Below the pieces are notes generated by a model that was not told the origin of the DNA, searched no databases, and was given only the letters and a program-made list of their open reading frames with translations. From positions 51,646,001 to 51,710,000 of the forward strand of contig NC_059426.1 of assembly GCF_021028975.2 (NCBI RefSeq): 64,000 nucleotides of DNA. The letters are read 5' to 3'. Below are positions 38,452-49,993 of the stretch, piece by piece; positions within the stretch are counted from its first letter, which is position 1; every line of letters starts with the position of its first letter. Both the position numbers and the translations under genes were made by a program. The stretch is from Sphaerodactylus townsendi. Lineage: Eukaryota.

Positions 38452-39247
38452 GTCTAAGCCTATTGCTTTCAGTGGGCTTACAATGGAATAAGTCTTCATA
38501 GGATTGTACTCTCAGCCTTTCATCCTTTTGAGATTGGTAAAATGAGTAACCAGCTTGCTGAGGGTAAAGTGTAGACTACTGGGGAAGACAATGTCAAACC
38601 ATCCTATAAAATAGGCCCATTATGCATGGAATGGTTACCTCAGAGGCTTATTGCTGCACAGTGGGGTTGTAGTGGGGTCTCCTCACATTTCTCAGTTTAT
38701 ACGCGAGGAAACACTCCACTGCCTACTCTGCAGCCTGCCGGCTGAACTGTCTCTGGTGTCTGCTTTTCCTGATTCTCATAACTCTGTCCATCAATTCACT
38801 CTAAAAGGCACATAGTTGGGAACAGAGTTGCAAGATTGCTGGCTTTCTTAAAGCCCTTTAAATTGCTGAATATCGCTATTGATGTTATTGCAGTTATATC
38901 GATATTGTAGCCCCTTTCCAAAAATAATCTCCCCCATAAATGAAAGAGTAGTTCTCTGAACCACACTCTGCTGAAGAAGGGGACTATGTCCTAGAACTGA
39001 TATTTTCTTACCCCCACCCCACCCCTCCCTCCACACTTCTTACTGCTGCTGCTGCAGGAAGAGAGTCTTGCTATTTTGACATTCCTTGCTTATTTTAATA
39101 TTACTGATTTGATCTATCATTATTTTGATAGATCTAATATGGTATAAATATTTCAAGTAGAAATAAAGATTTTAAAAGCCCTATCAATCATCAGGGAGGG
39201 CCGAAATAGAACAGGGATGGTGGAGTGGAGCCAAAATGCAGGGGCAT

Positions 39248-39338
39248 TCCTTTCCTCTTGCAAAGCAGGGGGAAAGATTGCTCTTTGCCCAGTCCTTTCC
39301 TCTTGTGAAGCAGGGGGAAAGATTGCTCTTTGCCCAGT
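39248..39338. repeat. 45-bp tandem duplication (2 copies)
   Basis: tcctttcctcttg..aagcagggggaaagattgctctttgcccag at 39248 and 39293. Confidence 0.9.
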
Positions 39339-39820
39339 CTCACAAACTGTAAAGAATATGGGATCTCCCTTGCAGTGAGTGTGAGGAGGGAGGAAGGAAT
39401 CTGTAACAGCAGCGGCATACCTTCAGAAAATGGCCCCTGGGGCAAGTAGTGAAATTGTGACCACCAAAATTGCGCCCTTCCCCCAAATTGTGCCCTCCTT
39501 CCAAAACTGTGCCCTAGGGAGGGGCTGAGAGAAAGGGTGCCCTCAACCACTTGGCTACTTCTCCAGTGGGTGGGCAGCAAGCAGCGGACGAGATAGGTGA
39601 GCTGCAGGTGGGTGGTGAGCAGCAGGTGGCAGAAGTTCTGCCCCCAAAAGAATCTCCTTTCGGCACAGGGCAGAGCACCAGTGTATAATCAGCCACTGTC
39701 TGCCTAGTAACCTTTGTGATGTAACATCAACCTATGGGTCTGTAATGACTCAGTGTTTGCACATTACTGCTCTAGCTCACATCTCAGGAAACTTGCAACT
39801 GAAGGAACTAGATTAAACTA

Positions 39821-40309
39821 CAGTGGAGCCTCGGTTTTCGTTGGTAATCAGTCCTAAAAGAATCGATGAAAACTGAAACCGATGAAAACCGAGGCAAACT
39901 TTTCCATAGGAATCAATGTAAATCCAATCAATCCATTCTAGGCACTCCAAAAAACATACCAAAAACACATTTTGGGTGAATAAACATAGTGTTTAATGCT
40001 GAAAACAGTAACAAACAATAACAGTAGGACCAGCTTCAGAGCCAGTGGACCAATGTCGCACCAGAAAGCTGTCCAAAGAGGTCTGTTTCTGACGCCTCCT
40101 TAAGATTTGTCTGAAATGGGGCAAGACATTATCATTAAACAAGTTGCAGACACCGCCTGCAACAGCTTTGTCTGGGTGATTTTTCTCCACAAATCCCAGC
40201 ACCTTACTGCAAATCGATGAAAACTGAGGCAAATCAATGAAAACCAAGACAAATTTTTCACTGAAAAAATCGATGAAGACCGAAACCAATGAAAACTGAG
40301 GTTCCACTG
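39821..40309 (-). mobile_element. Tigger/pogo (Tc1-mariner) internally deleted element retaining transposase C-terminus
   Basis: TIRs cagtggagcctcggttttcgttgg / ccaatgaaaactgaggttccactg; TA TSD. Minus-strand ORF includes HFRQILRRRQKQTSLDSFL, resembling Tigger/TIGD C-termini. Confidence 0.85.
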
Positions 40310-40766
40310 TACTCTACATATTAGTGGGTAGATGAGGTAAGGATTATTGCAAGGTACTTTATCTGCTTTAAGTGCTGTGTAATGATAGTTTGCAACATTA
40401 ATATTTATTTATTTATTTATTTTATTTATACGTTCAGCTTTTATACCGCCCTGTCCCCGAGGATGCATTTAAAGATGCATTCAAGTGAAACTAACCCATT
40501 CAAAGGGACAAAGTTCTGCCCATTTCAAAATAAAGCTGTAAATATAATCCAGTATTCATATGAGTAGAGATTAGTATATTCATGTGTACACATGTATATG
40601 AATCAGACCAAATCTGTTTGGTCTACCTTCTTGCCCTATATTTGCTTGAAACCTATGACTACACAACTATGTTTGGCAACCTGATATATTAAATATGCAG
40701 AAAATAGTATTGCAGTCTACTGAACGATAGAATGGAAGGCCAATTACAACAAACTATTATTTGTTT

Positions 40767-40791
40767 GGGTGCTGTGTGGTTTCCGGGCTGT
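40767..40791 (-). mobile_element. 25-bp Penelope-like micro-insertion
   Basis: gggtgctgtgtggtttccgggctgt is identical to 49487-49511; flanked by 12-bp duplication tattatttgttt. Confidence 0.85.
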
Positions 40792-40919
40792 TATTATTTG
40801 TTTCACTGCAATTTTTCTTTGGAAAGCTTTACCCTACAATATTTTTGTATAAATGGGCTGTTATCTTAGATGATAGATAAGTGAGTTAAGAAGTTAAACA
40901 TTTGCAAAGACAATTCTAA

Positions 40920-41110
40920 ATAGGCGGCTGTGTTGGTTTGTAATAGCAAAATGAAACAAGAATCTTGTGGCACTGTGAAGACTAGCTAATTTTATTCCAG
41001 CATAAACTTCCATTAGAGCTCACTTCTTCTGATGTATCAGCTCCAGCTCATGAATGTTTATTCTGGAACAAATTGATTAGTTTTTAAGGTGGCAATGGGC
41101 TTTTGTTTTG
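40920..41110. mobile_element. Old inverted Penelope-like remnant
   Basis: Degenerate inverted arms (gtggcactgtgaagactagctaattttattccagcataaac / gtttattctggaacaaattgattagtttttaaggtggc). Confidence 0.5.
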
Positions 41111-43196
41111 TAAGTAAACAAAAATAATATTTACATGAATTTTTACCTTTGTTTTAAAAAGTGTCAACTTTTCTGTCCAATTGCATCAAATAGCCGCAAG
41201 ACAGATGTCTTCAATCTCAAGTATTTTCCAGTTCAAAAGCAGTGAATGTAGAAGTAGATTACTTTCCTTCTGATACTTTTGATTTTTGTTGTGCTGGGTT
41301 GCTCCCAAGTTTTTTTTCCTTTTGGGATCCTTACCTATATTTCCCCCAACAACCCTTATTTTTCCACTAGTTACATTGACCATAGCCATAGTCATACAGG
41401 GAATTTTGTTTTGTTCTTGCCTGGGCTTATAGAAACCTCAGCCAACTTGGTTTTATATTACATCCAGTACAATCCCATGCATTTTAATCAGAAATAAACA
41501 GTGGAATTTTTCTACAAGACTAGAGGCACACCATTGATGTTGGCCCCATCCATGTTTACCATGAATGTTTACTCTTTGCATGTGTAAACAGTAATCTGAC
41601 AATGGGGGAAAAATGGTCCCAGAAACCCATTTCCTTGAGAAATCTTGGTAGCCCTTTCTGCAATGAACTGTAGGTATTTTCCAGAACATCTGGCCTCCAT
41701 CATCTTTTGTTGTAGAGATTTCATGCTCATCAACATATACAAGGTTGAATACTAATTCACTGAAACAAATCATTCCTAATGGAAGGGAATTAGCTGGAGA
41801 AGAACTGGAAAAGATTGGGCTAGTTAGTTGGCTAATAGCAGTGAACTAACATCTTTGCCAAGGTGGTCTTCCAATGTATTTGTTGGTTTTTCCAGAGGTA
41901 TGGGGGTATTCCTAGAGGTCATGGCCTTGAACTGGGTAGAAGACTGGTGAGCAGAGAGATAGAATATCAGCTTGGGACTCAGACAGGGACAGACTGGGAG
42001 GCCAAAATGGCCCTAGAAGAGCACATGGAATGAAAGGGCCATTGGCTAGTATCTTCCTGACTCAGATGAGGCATGGACCATTGCCAGCTCTTGCCCACCT
42101 CCTGCAGGGCAGGGGCTGACACCTCATGGTTGTAGCAGTGTGTGTCTGGGGTGGGGACTGCTTGTGATGGTGGTGGCTTCTGACTCCCTCATGCAGGGTG
42201 GGACCCATGGCTTTTCATAGCAATGGATCACATCTACTTGCTTGTAGTGGCTCTCACATGCCTCACATAGTGTTACCTTGCTTAAATATCTCGCATAGCG
42301 TTCGGGTGGCCCAAGCCAAGGGGCATTCCCCAGGCCATCAACCAACCAACCCAGACTTTTCCTGGTAACTTCAATGACCTAAATGCACCTCTGCACTAAG
42401 AATGATGCCTCCATTTTGGGTCCTATTCAGGAGGGGAAAGAAGGATAGAAATGAATGAATAAATAATTTAATTTGTATGTAATAATTTTTAAAAGCCAAT
42501 ATTTGAAAAGTGTATTTGTTTTACATTAGCAATTTTTCTGTTGTAGAATATAGAATTCGATTTGTTGAGAGAGAGGCAGACAGAGGAAAAGCAACACAAA
42601 GAGACAGAAAATAATGAAAAAAATCCCCAAGAACTGATAAGTAAAACATCTTCCATATGTATTGCATTTTCCCAAGGGGGAATGAATCAAGACTCAGATT
42701 CTAATGTCTAGAGTATATATTTGTTGTTTTCATACCCCTCTTCTCAACCAACAGAAGGCAAAATGATTAACACTTCACTTATATCTTTCTAGGCCTTGGA
42801 CAAATTTATGATGTTACTTAACTATAATTTACAGTATCCCATCCAAACAATGCTGTCACCATCTGCAGACAGAATGAGCACAAACAATTCAGAAGGGAAT
42901 AATAGAGTGAGGATTATTGTAATTTTAGATGAATAGCATATATCCAAGCAGGTAAAGCAATTAAGTGCAGAAACATATCTTCCCTTTGTGAAACAACAAT
43001 AATATCCAATATATTGTGACCATTAATGTTCATGTTAGAGACTAAATAGGTTTTCCTGAATAGGAAAACAATGCCCTCCTATGATTGTTTTTGCGCTTAA
43101 TGTTCCACTTGGGCATTAGACTAGAAAATACTGCAATCTGAAAATGCACGCATAAAAGGAAAATCCTCTCCAGAGGATTAAATGATTGTTTCAGAT

Positions 43197-43993
43197 CAGT
43201 GGTTTCCAAATTTTTCAGGCTGCCCCTCCGCTCCCAGGCCACATTCCTAGTTGTCACTCCCACCCCCATATATGAGTACACACCTCTTTCTCGGTAGTAG
43301 GTCTACTGCAAATATAGAACAACTTCTAACACATATGTATTTCACAAATTAAACATGACCTAGTAAATGTAAACCAATTCATTGAGCTGTTTTAGCAATA
43401 TTAAAGGTTATGTTTGCATCTCACCTGTCATGCCTTCACAGTTTTAATGGGATGGATGTGCTGGTGGGATTCAGCAGGTTTGCACCACTTCGGCAGAACC
43501 GGTTGTTAAAATGGTGCTTGTAAACAACCAGTTGTTAAATGATTTGAATCCCACCACTGGAACCAGATGTTAAATGATTTGAATCCCACCACTGGATGGA
43601 TGTGCTTGGCGCATGGATACCAGCTTCTCAACATTAGATTGCAAGGCACTAAGAAGTCTTAGATCCCCACATTTAGCCATTTTCAGCCTGTTTCTCTGCT
43701 TGGAAAGAAGCTGGGTGACTGCACCAAAGCCCGCCCTGCTCTACTAAATATGAAGTTGGGAAGGCAATAAAGTACATCTTGATTTTGCCCCACAGTTCAG
43801 GGTGGCTCCCTCACTACACAGAGAGGAGAGTGCTGCTGCTTTTCCTTTAAAACTCACCAGTCACCAGGATGGAAGGACCAGACCTTTCCCCCACCAGTTT
43901 GCCCTGTGATATTTCCCTACCACATGCAAACTGCTTGATGTTCCCACCACCCCTCGGGGGGGGGGGCAGTACCACCCACTTTGGGAATCCCTA
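43197..43993. mobile_element. hAT-like non-autonomous element containing a nested CAGTGGTGGGATTC-family MITE (43463-43594)
   Basis: Outer termini cagtggtttccaaa / tttgggaatccct; inner MITE flanked by gatggatg duplication. Confidence 0.55.
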
Positions 43994-45099
43994 TTTCAGG
44001 TGGTTCTACTGATCTGCAAATTAGATAAAGAAATGAGGAGGAAGTAAGACAATCTTGGTTGGTTCCGTTCGTAAATGCAAGGTAAAAATTACATGAAGGA
44101 ATAATTGCTAAACTATTACAAGAGTTGTGTAGATTTCAAAGATCTTGGAAACGTACCGAATGACAAGTATAAATGTTTTCTTGGTTACAATGATTACATG
44201 ATCAGAAATTATTATGCAAAGCTTCATTGGGAAGAGGCCAAATAAGCTAATAGTTTGTGTGAAATCATAAACCAGCCATGAGAAAGCCCCAAAGATGAAA
44301 AAAAAACCTGTAAACCCTGGAATGCACCAAATAATTGTTATACCATGTCACTGAAGAAATACCATCTTCCTGATCTCCTGATTATATTCTGAAGCCTTCA
44401 GTCCTTCTTCAGAAAGTGAAATAGTGTTTTATGTGTCAGTATTTATTTTGAAGATGGAACATCAAATCAGTCTTGCACTTGAAACTGGCACCTGTCACCA
44501 AGAAGCATAATAATTCAACCCAAAGCAAAGATTATTTAAGAAAAGCAGTAAGGTGCTACAAGCAGATCAGTGGTAAACAAATCACTATGTGCAAGGACAG
44601 ACTTGTGAAAAAATTAAAGTTTTGTACGGAAACTCCTTGTATTAATTCCCACAATTTCTTTTAATTTTCTTGCCATTTTTTTTCTTTGGATTCAGGACAA
44701 ATAATGGAACAACTTTTTCTAGTTTTAGATCAACAGTTGCTTTGTATGATAGGTTAGGCTACACTGACTTCCTGCCAGGGTGTCAGGGCTCAGTCGAAAG
44801 GTATAAGGAGTCAGAGACAAGGTCAAAAGCAAGCTTAGTCAGGGTTTCTAAATATTTAAGGTCCATGGATGCACCCAGCAACTGGGGAGGGGAAAGCTTA
44901 AACTAGCTTTACAATCAGAGACAAGTTATCCTGAATGAAGCAGTAGGGAAACTAGGGATTTATAGTACTAGAGATATAACTCCTGAAATTGCAGTCTCCA
45001 AATTGCCACAAAATGGTAGCAACTATTAAAACAAGTGAATGATTCAGATGTTATTTTCAGCTGTCCAAACAGGAAAGATATACAAAGACAAATATCGAC

Positions 45100-46400
45100 T
45101 TTATCAGCGAGGGAATTAGAAACTGGATTTTATGATAAGCACTGGGTCTCTCAAGTGTCCACATATCTCTCAAGTGTCCACATGTCACAGTCACCATACC
45201 TCATAGCCAAGAGGAGTTCCACACCTCTTGTCAAGAAAGTAAATAAATCAGCTAATTTATTACCATCTGTAAGTATTGAATACTTCTAAGTCTGAAAGTC
45301 TGAAGATCCAACTGGCCCTGTTTTCATGGTCTATGGGAATTCTCCTTAATTGGTATGAAACTATCTCCACAAGTATAAATAAGTTAGCTTCACCCATGGC
45401 TCACTGCAACAAACTTTCACTTTTGCAAAAGGGTCCTTGAAATGCTCATAAATCACCCCACCGCTCCTTTATCACCTTGATGCATGACCAGAAAATAAAA
45501 AAGTTTAATAATCTGTCAAAGTCAAAGAAAGTTCCACATACCATTCTCTGAAAAATAAATAATTCAGCTTATTAGTCAAGATCCCCTTGTCATCACCGCC
45601 ATCAATTCGATAGAGAGGATTCACGTATCTTCCTTCTCCTTTATTGCCCCAGCTTGTCAAATTGTAATACATTTAAATCCACAAATCTTGTATTTTCCAA
45701 GGCAAAAGTTTCTGTAATCCACTGAAAGGCATAAAACCTTGTAACTGTACAGGTAAAGTCCAGGCAAAATGAAAATTACTCCAAACCAGGAGACAAAAAA
45801 AATCCCGAACAGAAGATTTCAGCAAAAGGGTCCCTCAAGTGTCCGCATATCACACCAAGAACTCTCCAGTCACCATACCTCACAGCCAAGAGGAGTTCCA
45901 CACCTCTTGTCAAAACAGTAAATAAATCAGCTAACTTATTGCCATCTGTGAGTGTTGAATACTTTTAAGTCTGAGAGTCTTAAGATCCAATTAGTGTAAT
46001 TCAAACAACCACAACAAAAGAATAAGAAGGCTTCTCTAATTTCTTTATTAATAAAAATGTCTTTAAAAACAACAAAGCCCTTGCTGCAGATCCAAAAGAA
46101 AAACTTAAATAATAGAAATGGAAGTAAGAAATTAAAGAAAAGGGGTGGTGATGGTGAAGAGGCTGTCTCTTCTGCCAAAACGGCACACTTACACTCACTG
46201 ATCCTGAATGTTGCCAAAACTAGTAGGTCAAATTAAACCCAAACTAGCCCACCTGTCTAATTAAAGGTCCTAAAAAAACTGATGAGACCAGAGATAGACC
46301 CAGTCCACTCTTTATCCAGCTGTTTGCCCCTTTCAGTGAGTGCAGTCTGGAACTAACAAGAGCTCAAACCTAATGAGATGCCATGTCTTCTGGAAGTCTG
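45100..46400 (-). mobile_element. Putative L1/Tx1-derived non-autonomous element or LINE 5' region with internal duplication
   Basis: Minus-strand start gacttccagaagacatggc resembles GACTTCCGG..AAGATGGC L1-type 5' ends. Internal ~150-bp direct repeat (45160-45311 vs 45834-45990); no intact ORF. Confidence 0.4.
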
Positions 46401-49400
46401 CTCTTGAAAAATTCATGCCAGACTCCTCAACTTTTTGAAGAGATGACTACACAAAGAACTTTATTTTTAGTAGGTTTCTTCTCATATTGTGATAACCCTT
46501 AATCATAAGGCCTTCATGAAAGACAACCATTTCCAGAATACTAAATTCAAGACATAGGTTGATGTGCCATGTTAAACAAGTAATAGAAAATGCAACAGCA
46601 AAAGAACAGTTCTAAAATCTAGGTTTTATTGTATTGGAAGGGAATACATTCTGAATAATAAGGTCAGGATAAAAAGAAAGGGGGAGGAGAGGAAGAGTAG
46701 GGACTCACCATCTCTGATTTTCCAGCAACCAAGTATCCTATGAAGTTACTTCTTCCATTGTTCACAGTCTTGACTACAGCTTTTGATGGGGAAACAAGAT
46801 GATCAGTAATCAGAATTAGGAGATGAAAGGCTGGCATTCTTCTAATAAGGATGTTTCTCCTAACAGTGCTAAAGTCATAGGTTATCAGAATTTCTGTATG
46901 TCATTCAGAACAGCTAAAGATTTTGCTCCTTTTAAAAAAGCTGAAAAGGGCAGAATCAATATTTATAGTTTTTATGAAAGTGATTAAATTCAATAAGCCT
47001 TAGGTAGCACTTCTTATTGATTTTTTACAGGTCCTCAAATCAAGATTATTGAGAAAACAGGTGAGAGTTGATGAGGTAAATTAGTACTCTGTAAAGGGAG
47101 TGCTATTGTTAAAAATGGTCAATGAAATGGCTTCTATATTTCCAAAGATGAATGGCAGGCTATTAATTTAATTTGTTGCCTCATTGCTTTGTATGTAATT
47201 GTGCGACTGGACATTGATTTTGAGGCTGCTGTTGCCAATGCAATGGATAGCATTCTGCTCTGGAAGGTAATAGACATCTAACGTTTTGTGGCAGTTCTTC
47301 TCATAGCATATTTTCTCAGGAATACTAGGCTGGTGTGAGGGACAGAGAACTGGACTTGGACCCAAGTTTAGTTCTTATAATGAACTCATGGGTTGAGTGT
47401 TCTTAGGTGTCACATAGCTTCAGTCCTTTATTTGTAAAATGGGAACAATAACAACCCTTCTTTTATTATTTAAAATTAATTTATATGCTGCCTCACCGTA
47501 CGCTTAGGGCAACCAATTTCATTAAAAACACAAGATGCTAAACATCTTATTTTTTAAAAAAGAATGCATGATGTAAGAAACCCAAATTTCCCACAAAATT
47601 TGTTTGGTAAGGTGACCTTGGAACTGAAAGAGCAAATTACTTCTGAAAAAGGACTGGTCACACTGCTTACGGAAAAACAGTAAGGAAGCTATCCTGAGAA
47701 CCTCGGCAGGAGACCTAGCACCTGGATCAGGATGATTCATTTGGAACTTTGGCTGGAATGACTGGTAAATAGGGACTGTTGACAATGAGCATGTGCAAGC
47801 AAATGATAGCCATTTGAGCAGACCAAAGGGCTGTAGAGGAGACTATACAGACAAAATTGTGATGAATCTTAGAGGTCCAGTTGCCTTCCATATGCAACTG
47901 TAAATAGTTTTACTCTGCTTTGCCAAAAAATATTTTAACCCCTTCCAAGAAAGTTAATTAACCTTATTTTTACATTGTGCCAGTTTCTTGATTTATGTCT
48001 AGTCATATAGTGGACAAAGTATTTTTCTAAAATATAACAAGATATTATAGGTGGTAATGCTCTAACTTCACTTAATGTGTAATAACCTGTAGAATAAGTA
48101 AACACACTTTTAAAGCATCCTCACATATACCAGAATATCTGCCTTTAGAAGCTAGGTACTTGTTTTAGAGTCCCATATGGGGCAGGGGGAATCCACCCAT
48201 GGGAGCAGCAGTCAGTCACTCTGACAAATTTGCCCCTCCCGGGACACTTGCCCCTGCAGAAGGGTGGAACCACTGGCATGTGGTCACCACAGCCCTCCCT
48301 GGTGCTGAGATGTGGTGCCCCTGTGGTGCCCCAGCTCTCATAGCAGGGGTAGGCTGGGGGCATGGCCAGGGAAGGAACCGACATTAGTTGGCTCCCTTCC
48401 AGTCATTAAGCACGTTATGTCGACAGCTGGGCCTTCAGACTTATGCAATCCTTTTGAGTGGCATAAATCTGTTAAACCCAATGAGGGCTTCCTTTGGGAG
48501 CAGCAGGGCTGCAGGGCTGCAGGGCTACAATCAGCCTCCTGAAGTCTTGGATGGGGCAGACTGTCAGTCAGAAAAGGGGACGGTGGCAACATCAAATAGA
48601 TTTCATATCATGCTACTCTATCTACACATAATTCCAAATTACTGCCCTTCACACATGGTTACTTGGAGAAGCAAGTAAACTATAAATGATAGTATGCAAC
48701 TTCTAAAAGCCTCCAAGTGAAATTGGGAAAACTGGCATTCCTGTTGTTAAACAGGAACATAGCTATAAAAAGCATTTTCAAGACCTGGTGGGATGGAAAC
48801 AAAGTGAAGGAACAGCAATCCTTTGTTTTGTTTATAAATGGCCTGAGATTGAGGATGATATGTGAGGCGTCCAAATTTGCAGATGACATCAATTGTGCAA
48901 TTCTAAGCAAAGTTATGTTCTTTTAAGTCCAGTAACTGAAATGTATTTGAAGGGAGCAGCAGGGACTGTGTAGGGGAGGGGTCACAGCATATGCTGTGAG
49001 CCAACTTTCAAAAGGTGAAATGTGGTGGGGTGATCCGCACTAATAGCACTTGACTTCCAGCACACACCTGGAAGACATCTGCTTTAGGGCCTGAAGAATT
49101 GAACCTCCTTGTCCATTCTGCTTGGAATTTAGACTGTCTTCAGGTCAAAGTGAGAACTCAGTTCTGGGCAATTTGGTGCCATTATCTTTAAAAATGATTG
49201 AACAAGACCTTCACATTAGTTCCTCTATTAAAAATAATGCTCAGGAGATTCAAGATTTAGGGGGAAAATCCTCATGCAGATTGGAATCCTAAATATGTAT
49301 TGCTTGGCTCCCAAACCAGAAATTCATGGTAAAGGTGTCTCCTTCAAATCCTGGATCCAAGATTAAAATCATAATTTTTTGAGATCACACTTATACAATT

Positions 49401-49484
49401 TATACTCCTATACTGTATTTCCATTGCCTTACTTTGGCCTAGAGGTCGAAAACATGCTTAGCATGTAAAAAATTGTGAATTCTT

Positions 49485-49716
49485 TTGGGTGCTGTGTGGT
49501 TTCCGGGCTGTATGGCCGTGTTCTAGCAGCATTCTCTCCTGACGTTTCGCCTGCATCTGTGGCTGGCATCTTCAGAGGATCTTCAGCCACCAGATCCTCT
49601 GAAGATGCCAGCCACAGATGCAGGCAAAACGTCAGGAGAGAATGCTGCTAGAACACGGCCATACAGCCCGGAAACCACACAGCACCCAAGTGATTCCGGC
49701 CGTGAAAACCTTCGAC
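49485..49716. mobile_element. Palindromic Penelope-like mini-element with two opposed hammerhead motifs
   Basis: 98-bp arms 49485-49582 / 49592-49689 with 1 mismatch, 9-nt spacer and ~27-nt unpaired 3' tail; 13-bp duplication aattgtgaattct at 49471 and 49717. Confidence 0.9.
49536..49580 (-). ncRNA. Minimal type I hammerhead ribozyme motif (PLE-associated)
   Basis: Minus strand: stem I tcct/agga; core CUGAAGA; extra U; stem II gcc/ggc; GAAA; palindromic ACGU stem III; GUC cleavage triplet. Confidence 0.7.
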
Positions 49717-49993
49717 AATTGTGAATTCTGTTTTTGACAACCCTTATCAGAAATTATTTTAGGTAACAGGTTTTTGAGAAATACCTTTTCCTGCTTGAGC
49801 CCCTGGAGAACTACTACAGGTGAGGGCAAAACCCAAAAAGTTAATTGCATGCATGTGTGATGATAGTTTGGATTACGACCATTAGGGATGGGTAGAGAGG
49901 TTATTAGCTATCACTAGCAGTTCTGAAAGAAAAAAAGAATCCTTTTAACAACCTGACTTTTGCTCTTTTAAAAAATAACAGAACTGCTGGAAG

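Larger units (their letters stand above)
37593..38610 (+). mobile_element. Sauria SINE split by nested insertions
   Basis: Head gagccctgtggc..agagtgataaactgcag, B-box-like gagtttgatcc, and 3' part ctcagcctttcatcc...ggtaaaatgagtaaccagct...caaaccatcc. Confidence 0.7.

Noticed and set aside
41453-41773. 106-aa minus-strand ORF
   Set aside because: No recognisable similarity or convincing splice context; length compatible with chance.
45100-46400. Possible endogenous viral element or processed pseudogene
   Set aside because: No sustained ORF or recognisable viral or cellular motif; internal duplication and 5' motif fit a TE better.
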